DNA of 63,264 nucleotides, taken from the NCBI GenBank assembly GCA_965113315.1, contig OZ220371.1; one strand, given 5' to 3'. Origin of the DNA: Podarcis vaucheri. Lineage: Eukaryota. This document shows positions 23,653-33,611 of this stretch, in pieces (position 1 is the stretch's first letter; each line of letters begins with the position of its first letter). The position numbers and the translations under genes were made by a program. The notes beneath the pieces are model-generated. The model saw only the letters and a program-made list of their open reading frames with translations, made no database searches and was not told where the DNA came from.

Positions 23653-26600
23653 AAGTTCCAGTCCTGCCCGGGAGGTCGCATTCATAATCCTCGAGGTACG
23701 CCGGCGGCCTACGTGTGCGTTGCGGCCTGTGGTGTTCCCTGGTCCGGGGTTCAGGTTCTGGCTCGTGTTCCAAGGATGCTGGCTGTGATGGGCCTGTTTG
23801 GTCTGGTGCAACCGACTCGCTCAGTCGTGGTTCTGGTTCCGGTGTCCTTTCGGCCTCGCAGGTCCTCTCTGTATTTACTGATTCTGCCTCTCCTGCTGGC
23901 CCCTCCTGCTCTATGGGCCTCACTGGCCCGCTGTTCCCTTGGGACTCCTCTGACCTGTCCTCCTCCTGGTTTTCTCCCGGGAATCGTCGCCGTATCTGGT
24001 CGCAGTGGCGGCGCCAGCATTGCCCCCCATCCGTTAGCACCTCGTACGACACGGGGCCAGTGACCCTGGTGACTGTGGCGGGTACCCATGCTGGGCCTGC
24101 CCCAAAATTCTTTGCGTACACTGGGTCCTGGGCCTCGAAGGTCCGGGGGTTCCTGCCTTCCCCCACCACTACCTCATCCTGAGCTCTATCGGGGTGAAGG
24201 CGGTCCAATCTGATTGCAAGGCGCCGACCCATTAGTAGTTCAGCGGGGCTCCGGCCAGTCGTTGAGCTGGGGGTGCTGTGCTGTGCTAGGAGGAATGTGG
24301 CAAGGCGGTACTCCCAATCCCCTTGCGTCATGCGGCGAAGGGTGTCCTTGGTGGTCCACACCATGCGTTCTGCTTGGCCATTGGTGGCAGGGTGGAACGG
24401 CGCCGAACGGATGTGGCGGATGGCGTTCTGTGCTGTGAAGGTTTGGAATTCTCCTGACGTAAATGCAGTCCCGTTGTCTGAGACGAGAGTTTCAGGGAGC
24501 CCGTGGGTTGCAAACAGCCTGCGTAGTATCCGGATGGCTGCGGACGTGGAAGTGGACGGTACCAGTGCGACTTCCAGCCATTTGGTGTAGGAGTCCACCA
24601 CTATGAAGAATGTTTCCCCCTGAAAGGGGCCAGCGAAATCCACATGCAGGTGTGACCATGGTGCTCGGGCGGACTCCCAGGACTGGACTGGGGCCCTTGG
24701 GGGATCTGGGCGGGATTCTTGGCAGGCCTGGCAGTGTTTGACCCAGGCCTCTATCTCTCCATCGATCCCTGGCCACCACACATAACTCCTGGCAAGAGCC
24801 TTCATTCTTACTACCCCTGGGTGTGTCTCGTGTAGGGCTGTGAGGACCCTTTTGCAGAGGGGCTGGGGAACAACGACCCTGCTTCCCCATAACAGGCACC
24901 CCTTGTGGGCCGACAGTTCATGTTTGCGGGTTGTGTAGCCAGCGAATTCTGGCCCAGGGCTGCTGCTGGGCCATCCCCTCCACACCCAGTCCAGGACCCG
25001 GGAGATGACCCTATCTTTCTTGGAATGGTGTGCAACTTCTTGTGCCTGAATGGGGCGGTCGGGAAGCAGCTCCAGGCTCATAACCTCTTGTGCAGGTGCT
25101 GGGTCGGGACCTGTTTCTGGTAGTGGTAGCCTGCTGAGGGCGTCCGCATGGCCCATTGCCTTCCCCGGGCGGTGAATCAGTGCATACTGGTAGCTGGCAA
25201 GGAAAATTGACCACCTGAGGACGCGAGGAGACAGCACTTGGGGGGTCTGCTTTTCGGGGGCAAACAAGCCAAGCAACGGCTTGTGGTCAGTCACCACGGT
25301 GAAGGGCCGCCCGTACAAGAAATCATGGAATTTTTTTACTCCCTTCACGATTGCCAGACCCTCCTTGTCTATTTGCGAGTAGTTCCGCTCGGTTGCGTTG
25401 AGTGTCTGGGAAAAGTATGCCACCGGTACCTCTCTTCCATCCGGGAGTTGGTGTCCCAGGACAGCGCCAATGCCATAGGGTGAGGCGTCACATGCTAGCA
25501 CCACCGGCAGCCTCTCGTCGAAGTGTGCCAAGACCGAGTTTGAGACAAGCAAGTCCTTGACTGCCTGGAATGCAGCCTCCTGGCGCTGGCCCCACACCCA
25601 AGTGGCCCGCTTGTCCAGGAGTCTGTGTAGGGGCTCTGCTACCGCCGCCTTGTGGGGAAGGAAGGAATGGTAAAAGTTCAATAGTCCCAAGAAGGCCTGA
25701 AGTTCAGTCTTGCTCTTGGGCGCTGGGGCATCACAAATGGCCCGTACCTTGTCCCCAGTCGGGTGGACCCCTTCTGCGTCCACCATAAATCCCAGAAAGT
25801 CCACCTGAGGCACTCCTAGTAGACATTTTTCCCGCTTCACCTTGAGACCCGCCGTCTGGAAACGGTGCAGAACGGTGCGGAGGCGGTCCTCAAACTCCTC
25901 TGGTGTGGGCCCGGCAATCAACACATCATCGAAGAAGGGGGTGACGCCAGGAATCCCTTTAAGGAGCGAGTCCATTAGATTCTGGAATATGCCTGGTGCC
26001 ACACTGACACCGAATTGCAGCCGCTTTACCCTGAATGCTCCTCTGTGCGTCACAATCGTCTGTGCCTCTGCTGTGGCCTCATCTACTTGCAGCTGTTGAT
26101 ATGCTTGGGCCAAGTCCAGCTTGCCAAAAATTTTCGACCCAGCCAGGGTGGCCAGGACATGGCTGACCACTGGCACTGGGTATGCGTGGGCCGTGAGGGG
26201 CTTGTTTATGGTGCATTTGTAGTCTGCGCAGATGCGGACTGAACCATTAGGCTTGACGGGTGTGACGATTGGGGTTTCCCAGGGGGCATTAGGCACCGGC
26301 TCCAGCACTCCTTGCTCCACGAGCCGGTCCAATTCCTCGTCTATACGGGGTTTCAGGGCGAATGGGACCCGGCGGGCCTTGAGCCTGACCGGTCGTACTG
26401 CGGGGTCAAGCTGTAGAGCAATGGGGGGCCCCGTATACTGTCCCAATTTCCCATCGAAAACCCCTGGAAATTCCTTGCAGATGGCATCCACGTCCACTTG
26501 TAAAGTAGTGTGGTTCACCCCAGTGATGGCTAGCCCCAGTGGTCCAAACCATGCCAATCCCAGTAAGCTAATGTAGGGGCCCTTGACCACGAGCAAGTCC

Positions 26601-27727
26601 AGTTGCCGCGTCCGCCCTCGGTATTGCACCCTGAAGGTCCCCACCCCCATTGTGGGGACCTTACGTTTCTGGAAGTCCCGGAGGGTGAATGGGGCCGGCC
26701 TGAGTTTGGGACCCCCAGTAGGACACAGTTTCCTTAAGGTCCTTGCTGAGATTATGGATAGAGTTGAACCCGTGTCAAGCTCCATGCGGCATGGGGCCCC
26801 CTCTATCTGTACCTCTACATAAATTTTCTCTACGTTGGGGTGGGGCAACTGGTATACCTGGAAGTCCGTGAGCTCTGTAGAGTTGCCTTGGTGCATTGGG
26901 CCCCGGGACCTGGGGCTCTTGGATTGGTCATCTGATGCCTGGCGTCGGGTGGGCCGAGCTCGACACACCCGGGCGATGTGTCCCAATTTTCTGCACTGCC
27001 TGCACTCTGCGTTGCGGAAACGGCAGGTCCTCCTCTCATGACTTTCCCCGCAGCTTGCGCAGTTCCCTCCTTCTCGTCGAGGCAGCTGTGGTATGTGGGC
27101 TGCTTGAGTGCGCTGCTGTACTCGGTGCACCTCCTCCCTGTCAGATCCTGAGTCGTCGGTGAGGTCTTCATGGTGGACCCTCGGTTGGGGTGGCAGGCTC
27201 AGCCGTGCCTCTTGCGTCGACCTCTCGGCAGCTTCCATTGCCAGGGCCTCCTCCAGAGCGACCTGGAACGTTAGGTCCTTCTTGGCGTAGAGGCGTCGTT
27301 GCAGCTTCTCATCCTTCAGGCCACCGACGAGGCGGTCACGAAGCATGTTCTCCAGCTCTGAGAAGTTGCAGAACCGGGCAGCTTGGCGGAGAGAGGTCAC
27401 AAACCCAGTTATGGTTTCCCCAGGGGCTTGCCGCTTTGCGTAGAAGGCATTTCGACGAACCACCACTGAGGGCTGCGGCGAAAAGTGCCCCTTCAGCTGT
27501 TCCATTATTGTTTTGTATGGAACAGTAGCGACATCTTCAGGTGCAAGGAGAGCCCGGGCGATTTCAAATGTCTCCTCTCCACAGATGCTGAAGAATATCG
27601 CCCTCTTCTTGGCGTCTTCTTCATCGGTGACCCCTTTGGCTTCTAGGAGGAAGGTGAAACGGGAGGCGTACGCTTCCCAGTCTCCAGATGCTGGGTTGAA
27701 CGGCGAGAAGCTGCTGTCTGTTGCCAT
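23651..27727 (-). CDS. Gag-Pol polyprotein, 1358 aa (Gag with two Cys/His knuckles, aspartic protease, RT, RNase H, integrase)
   Basis: Knuckles CASCGESHERRTC and CRQCRKLGHIARVC; protease LDTGS; RT KLDLAQAY..LQFGVSVAPGIFQ..FFDD; RNase H LACDASPYGIGAVL..TDHKPL; integrase H-x3-H..CQAC, HVDFAG, SDNG, NGQAER. ATG in strong Kozak context (agaATGG) downstream of an in-frame stop. Confidence 0.96.
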   Translation of the reverse strand: MATDSSFSPFNPASGDWEAYASRFTFLLEAKGVTDEEDAKKRAIFFSICGEETFEIARALLAPEDVATVPYKTIMEQLKGHFSPQPSVVVRRNAFYAKRQAPGETITGFVTSLRQAARFCNFSELENMLRDRLVGGLKDEKLQRRLYAKKDLTFQVALEEALAMEAAERSTQEARLSLPPQPRVHHEDLTDDSGSDREEVHRVQQRTQAAHIPQLPRREGGNCASCGESHERRTCRFRNAECRQCRKLGHIARVCRARPTRRQASDDQSKSPRSRGPMHQGNSTELTDFQVYQLPHPNVEKIYVEVQIEGAPCRMELDTGSTLSIISARTLRKLCPTGGPKLRPAPFTLRDFQKRKVPTMGVGTFRVQYRGRTRQLDLLVVKGPYISLLGLAWFGPLGLAITGVNHTTLQVDVDAICKEFPGVFDGKLGQYTGPPIALQLDPAVRPVRLKARRVPFALKPRIDEELDRLVEQGVLEPVPNAPWETPIVTPVKPNGSVRICADYKCTINKPLTAHAYPVPVVSHVLATLAGSKIFGKLDLAQAYQQLQVDEATAEAQTIVTHRGAFRVKRLQFGVSVAPGIFQNLMDSLLKGIPGVTPFFDDVLIAGPTPEEFEDRLRTVLHRFQTAGLKVKREKCLLGVPQVDFLGFMVDAEGVHPTGDKVRAICDAPAPKSKTELQAFLGLLNFYHSFLPHKAAVAEPLHRLLDKRATWVWGQRQEAAFQAVKDLLVSNSVLAHFDERLPVVLACDASPYGIGAVLGHQLPDGREVPVAYFSQTLNATERNYSQIDKEGLAIVKGVKKFHDFLYGRPFTVVTDHKPLLGLFAPEKQTPQVLSPRVLRWSIFLASYQYALIHRPGKAMGHADALSRLPLPETGPDPAPAQEVMSLELLPDRPIQAQEVAHHSKKDRVISRVLDWVWRGWPSSSPGPEFAGYTTRKHELSAHKGCLLWGSRVVVPQPLCKRVLTALHETHPGVVRMKALARSYVWWPGIDGEIEAWVKHCQACQESRPDPPRAPVQSWESARAPWSHLHVDFAGPFQGETFFIVVDSYTKWLEVALVPSTSTSAAIRILRRLFATHGLPETLVSDNGTAFTSGEFQTFTAQNAIRHIRSAPFHPATNGQAERMVWTTKDTLRRMTQGDWEYRLATFLLAQHSTPSSTTGRSPAELLMGRRLAIRLDRLHPDRAQDEVVVGEGRNPRTFEAQDPVYAKNFGAGPAWVPATVTRVTGPVSYEVLTDGGQCWRRHCDQIRRRFPGENQEEDRSEESQGNSGPVRPIEQEGPAGEAESVNTERTCEAERTPEPEPRLSESVAPDQTGPSQPASLEHEPEPEPRTREHHRPQRTRRPPAYLEDYECDLPGRTGT

Positions 27728-27833
27728 TCTGAGTTCCTTGTGTCCCGGAGCTGAAGCCTGGATACACGGTGCGAGGCAGCGGTGCGGCAGGTGGCGGTGC
27801 TGCGGTGCTGTGTGTGGCAGTCAGCTCAGCGGG

Positions 27834-27851
27834 ATCCCACCTTCGTCGCCA
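27834..27851 (-). promoter_or_regulatory. Primer-binding site complementary to the 3' end of tRNA-Ser (GCT type)
   Basis: TGGCGACGAAGGTGGGAT lies 1 nt inside the 5' LTR and matches the recalled vertebrate tRNA-Ser(GCT) 3' end ...ATCCCACCTTCGTCGCCA. Confidence 0.88.
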
Positions 27852-27852
27852 G

Positions 27853-28221
27853 TGAAATATACTTAGAGTCGCAAAGTGATTTCATGCTCTTTATTCAGCT
27901 CATAGTGGTGAGGAGGAATGAATGAATGTCCCCTCAAAGTATCTGCTTATATACATTATTTACACAATGGGCTGCACATGATTGGTTAATTCTGGAATTC
28001 TACTGTAAGCCAATCAGGTTGTGGATTCACTTATATCTGGAGCATGATTGGGTGGTTCCTGCCAACCAATCATACTGCTGCATTGTTCTTGGACCAATCA
28101 GACTGCTGCATTCTGAATCCTATTGTTCTAGGACCAATCAGACTGCTGCAATTTGGATCCTATTGTTCTAGGACCAATCAGACTGCTGCAGTTTGGATCC
28201 TATTCAACTCAGTACATAACA
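27853..28221 (-). repeat. 5' LTR of the Gypsy element
   Basis: On the minus strand reads TGTTATG...ATTTCA. TATA-like TATATAA at 27947-27953, AATAAA at 27890-27895, and three ~40-bp CCAAT-containing tandem units in U3. Confidence 0.96.
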
Positions 28222-29214
28222 CAGGCCATGCCCCATCTACTGATGTGGTATAGACTGGAGTGACCTTCATGGGACCACATTAGGCTTTGTACTGTCTCTA
28301 GCAGCCGCCAGGCATGGCGTGGTCTTGTGGGGGCCGCTCTAGGCCTCACACCATTTGTGGTGGCTGCCAGGCCTGGCACAGCCTTCCCAGGGCCACTCTA
28401 GGCCTGGCATCATCTCATTTTGTGAGAAGGCTGAAGACAGCAAAGGTAAGAGAGGGGAGGGGTGGAGGGGGTGAGCAGGCAGGCAAGGAAGGGGTCAGCA
28501 GCCAGGAGGGGGTAAGTGATGGAGATGGGGGAGTGTCCTGGATTTTTCTCACAAAGTGTTGGAGGGTATGAAAGGGGTGAGGAATTTATAGCCTTCTAAA
28601 TGTTGCTGGACTACAACTCCCATCATCCATGACACTTGTCTATGATGGCTGGTGAGGATGGAAATTGGAGTCCAGTGATAACTGGAAGGTCACAGACTCC
28701 CCCCCCCCATCCTTGCATTATGAGGGCACAATTCATTTCTTTGCTCTGGTTTTGTGTCCCACGATGTTCTGTTGAACTGGTGTAGCAATAAGAGATAACT
28801 CATCTGTTCTAGTATCGAGTTGTGCACCCTTCAACCCCCCCCCCAAAAAAATACAATTAATAATTTTTGACCATTCGTTGGCTGGGTTGGGACAAAACAC
28901 AACTCCTGAAAAGTCATAGGACTAGGGAGAGAAGAGAGATTTCTTTGAAAATTTCAGGAAAGAGTTGTCACTTATCATACTTAACCTTTATGAGGTGGTG
29001 AGTGATTTTCCATGTTTCTTGCTTTTAAAACTATTTTAGTAAGCAGCTTGCAGCAAAAATAAGCCTCTTTCTGCATCTTTTCACAGGCTGGAACACCTTG
29101 GGAATGAGGCAACATTCACATCATGTTGCTCCCAAGGCATTCTGGGATGTGTAGATGGAAGAGAGCAGTGCTTTTCACTAGTAACACTGCCTGGTGAGAC
29201 ACAGTAAGATGATG

Positions 29215-29345
29215 ACGATGGTGATCATCATCATCACCCACCCATCTGACTGGATTGGCCCAGTCACTCTGGGCAGCTTCCAATAAAATATTAAAACCTC
29301 CCTGTACAGAACAGCCCTTTTGAACATCTCAAAATAATTCATCTC
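29215..29345 (-). mobile_element. L2-type LINE 3' tail fragment
   Basis: Diverged reverse complement of the tail at 55150-55384. Confidence 0.6.
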
Positions 29346-30139
29346 CAGAAAATCACCACACACACACACTCATTTTTGCAGTGGGGGTAGGAGGGGATAT
29401 TTTGGGGGAGTGAGAAGGGATTTTTCTTAGAAAGGAACACTTGCTCTCCATCCTTCCTGGTGTACTTGGGACTATTTAGTAGTAGTTAAAAGGCCATATA
29501 TGTAGTGAGTCTCTCTTATTTTGCTGGGAAATTGTGATGCTCTGCTTCAAACTATTTTAGGTCAATGAAATAATTATTATGAACTTGAGATTTCAGATTG
29601 TCATGGGAGATGGTTATTCTCTGGAGCTTAAAGAAGGCAACCAAAGTCTAAGTAGCTGGTGAGTGGTGAAGTGATCGTTTTTCCAGATGAACAGGGAAGA
29701 TGTTTTATGAGTCTCCCCCTTCCTTCAATGTCTGCCCAGTGGTTGCAAATACAGCTGGCAGATTGAGTCATAGCTAATAAGACTGCTTAATTGATAACCG
29801 TGAAGCTTAGGAACCTTTAGAGACAAGAAACAGGAAATGTCTTTAAGCCAGAGCTTACCTCCTGAGTGACTTGAAGCAAGAAAGGTAATCATTCGAAGCT
29901 GGAGGCTTCAGCTCAAACTGAAAATGTGTAACAAAGGATTTAAAGCTGTCTTGGATTTTATATACATTTTTTAATTGTATAATTTGGACTTTTTGTCTCT
30001 TATAATTTGTTTTAAACTTTAATAGCACGTGAATCTAGGCGTACTCTTATGTTACACTGAACACAACTACAAGCTACCACTACACCTAAAATAACACTTG
30101 TTGGTTTGTGCAGCTTAGCTGTGCTGTACACAGGTACAA

Positions 30140-30333
30140 NNNNNNNNNNNNNNNNNNNNNNNNNNNNNNNNNNNNNNNNNNNNNNNNNNNNNNNNNNNNN
30201 NNNNNNNNNNNNNNNNNNNNNNNNNNNNNNNNNNNNNNNNNNNNNNNNNNNNNNNNNNNNNNNNNNNNNNNNNNNNNNNNNNNNNNNNNNNNNNNNNNNN
30301 NNNNNNNNNNNNNNNNNNNNNNNNNNNNNNNNN
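30140..30333. other. Assembly gap (194 N)
   Basis: Run of N. Confidence 1.
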
Positions 30334-33300
30334 CAAACTGTACACTTGTTATATGAGTGTGGAGGTCAACTATTTCTGTACACAAATTATATATGTGTTG
30401 AATATAATGTATGAACACCCCTACAGAAAACAATTCCCAGCAACTGACACACAGCAGCGTATGGCCTGCAACGCTGGACGTGGTACATAGTCATCATGGC
30501 TAGTAGCCATCCAGCTTGGGGTCTGTCACTACATCCTGTTTCTCTCAACCCACCAGAACATGCAGTTGTTAGGTGATGCAGAAGGGAATAGGCAAAAAGC
30601 TCACCTCCCTTCTCCTCCGTCAGCGGTCATCTTCCACAGGAGCAACAGTGCTAGGAGGTTTAATGAGAATCTGTCCTCAGTTCTCTTTTAGTTGACCAGG
30701 CCATTCCCTTAAAACCATCTCTTCCTATGCCTCATTTCACACAGCAATGTAAAGCCACCTCTCCTCAGCCTTTACCACTCTGCCCAAGCATCAATTCAAT
30801 GCCAGCCTCGTAGTTTCATTTGGTCCTAAAGTAAATTATTCACATAGCATTGTTTGCACCTGGTGATTTTTTATTTGAAAGCAATTTGTATTTGAATGAA
30901 TTCATATTCCAGAATGTGCAATATGGATGTTCAAAGGTGTGTTTTTCCATTGTGGAGCATTCATCCATTTCATTGTTTGTTATTATTTTAGCAGGTTTAT
31001 GGTATTGCAGAGGCAGATAGTTTAAATGAAGTACGGAAATTTCAAATGGTTGAACATCCAAGAGAGGAAATTGCTGAAGTAAAGCAAAGTGACAACAGGA
31101 AACTAATTTTTAATCTTCAGAGGATATGACTTAGAACTTTTATTAACTCAAGTGCACAAATTCATGAGATTGAGTCCCAAATGTATAATGTTTGACTTGT
31201 TAATCAAACAAATTATCTGAGTCATATTAAGTTTAAAACAGCTTCTGGAGACCTACTGAGATGTTATCTAGATGCCCAAAGTGATGCCAACCAGATGTTC
31301 TGGACTCCAATCCCCACTGGTCCCCATCAGCATGGCCAGTTAGGTGAGCTGTGTTCCACAATATCTAGAAGGCGCTATATTGGGTTCTCCTGGTTTAAAT
31401 TATTGCTGAATTCTGGAGGGTAGTGGAGAACTTTTGTTTCTAGAAACAAACGATGCTTTTTTCAGAGAGTGGAGAATTGTGAAACAGACGTATAACTGCC
31501 TGTCGTGTGACAACAAGTTTTACAGGTATCTGCAGTGTTTTTGTTTGTTTGTTTTTTAAATGATGTCCAGAGGCAACAGGTACACCAATAGCAATGATGC
31601 CTCTATCATCCAACTGTTCAAAAACCCCGCAAGTCTCCAACCTAAGAGGATCTAGGCAAACTGTCAAGCAAGTCCAGACACTCGCTTGCAAACTGGTGGG
31701 CTATTGCTGGTGCACAGTTCTAAATTAGAGCTAGATAATAAAAGATAATTAACTCTGGGAATAATACTGAAGTACCACAGCCCACCATACAGATGCAAAA
31801 TCACAAATAAAAGGCATACTTAATGTATAGAAGGGTGCCTGAACATTTTGCTTCATAACTTTCTTTCTAGGAGGGCTAGAGATTTACTGTACAGTTACAG
31901 TAAGAAGTGACACTCAGCCCCCCCCCCCACACACCTTTGCAGGCCTCATGGGGTCCTCAGGTACTGGGTTGGTGATCATCATCCTGAGCTTTAGCCCAGA
32001 AAGATGCAGCCATTTAATAGGTGCCTTATTCACTCTCCAAAGTGCTGTAGCCATATTTCCTCCCCCCCCCCAGGGTATCTTCAGTGGCCAGGACTGTTGC
32101 TCCAATTGAAGTCCTCTCTGTTAGCCATCTCCACTTTAAGGCTACCTGTTTTCTGTTTTCTTTGATGTCTCTGATGTTGTGGTAAGCCTCCCTCTAAACT
32201 CCCACCATTTGCTACTACTGCTGCATGCTTCTCTCCCCCAATCCCACCCTTGTTTTAGAGGCAGGCAGGAAATTGGTGGGCATCTGCAGGCTGTTTTCAC
32301 ACCCATATCCCATCCAGTCCAGTCCATGTTTGCACCCAGCTATACCAGATCTCTTGTGGCAGCTCAGTCCTGACAGCATAATTCACGCTGGCCTGATGGG
32401 CCTCATGCCCTGCGTGAGATGCAACAGCATTCTAGATATTTCCAGCTAAGGAAAGCTGGTTAGTGGCAGTCAGGTTGCAATTTGGGTAAATTTGAGCACC
32501 ATCCCTGCTTCTGAAGCATAGTTTGCTACAAGCAAGTTATTCAGAGCACACATCACCCGAAATTATCATGCTAATACAGGAGAACCTGTTCACCTCAAAT
32601 GTGCTCTTTAGTCATGTTCTGAATTCATGGTTTACTTTCTGCCATTAGTCTGTTTTGCATCCCAATAATTCTGATTTCATATGTTCTAACATATATTCCC
32701 TTTCTCGCTCCCTGTTTTAAAAACATTTTTATTGAGACTATTAAAAAATATACAGCGAGCATGAATTAAGCCCACTAATTAGGAGGGAGGAGAAGCCACA
32801 AGGAAGGAGAAGCAAAAGAGAGATAATATGCATCACAGAAAAAGATTTGGTGAAGGAACAGAGCACAGTGGTGGGGGCATCTACTTTTAATGCAGAATGT
32901 CCAATGGTTCAATTCTCAACATCTCCAGGTAGGGCTAGGAGAGCTAGATAGACCAACGGTCTTATTCTGCAGCTTTCTAGTCTTCCTTTTGTCTTCTCTC
33001 TAATGAACAAAAAGATATAGGCCACAGCACATACTTTGTGGTAACTGAGGAACATTCACCACAAACATTCACCCTAAAGTTCAATAGGGGGAGGTGCCTA
33101 GTTTAATGGAGTTTTTATGTGTGCATTTCCTTTTCTCTTTTTTAGTATATCCAAAAGAACCTTTCACAAAGGTTCCTCAGACAACTTGGCTCTTTCATAT
33201 GCTGTAACAAAGACATGAACCCTAGATTTGTTTTCTGCAGCATTTTTCTATCTCTTGTATCTTTCTCTTATATCCTATATGTGGCTTCTATCCAGGCATT

Positions 33301-33415
33301 GACTAGATCCAATCCTGGTGGTTTTAGGTGCCTGAAAAACCAGACTAAGACCTTTCTAAAAGCAAGCAGATCAGAGCTGCATGTCTCTGCCCCCCTTTTG
33401 GGGCAAAAGGTAGTA

Positions 33416-33611
33416 CAGTGGTACCTCGGGTTAAGCACTTAATTCGTTCCGGAGGTCCGTTCCTAACCTGAAATTGTTCTTAACCTGAGGTACCACTTTC
33501 TGTTCTCATCCTGAAGCAAAGTTCTTAACCCGAGGTAATATTTCTGGGTTAGCAGAGTCTGTAACCTGAAGCATCTGTAACCTGAAGCGTATGTAACCCG
33601 AGGTACCACTG
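33416..33611. mobile_element. Tigger/pogo-like MITE, internally deleted copy
   Basis: TA-CAGTGGTACCTCGGGTTA ... TAACCCGAGGTACCACTG-TA. Confidence 0.92.

Larger units (their letters stand above)
23272..28221 (-). mobile_element. Full-length Gypsy/Ty3 LTR retrotransposon (Mag-like lineage)
   Basis: Two 369-bp direct LTRs with TG...CA ends, TSD CAGGC at 23267-23271 and 28222-28226, PBS, PPT and a single gag-pol ORF with domain order PR-RT-RH-IN. Confidence 0.97.

Noticed and set aside
23572-27866. Many overlapping and antisense ORFs of 60-163 aa within the Gypsy element
   Set aside because: Expected shadow ORFs in GC-rich coding DNA; several lack an ATG start and none has a recognisable domain or env-like features.
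30086-30433. ORFs containing X runs
   Set aside because: Artefacts of the N gap.
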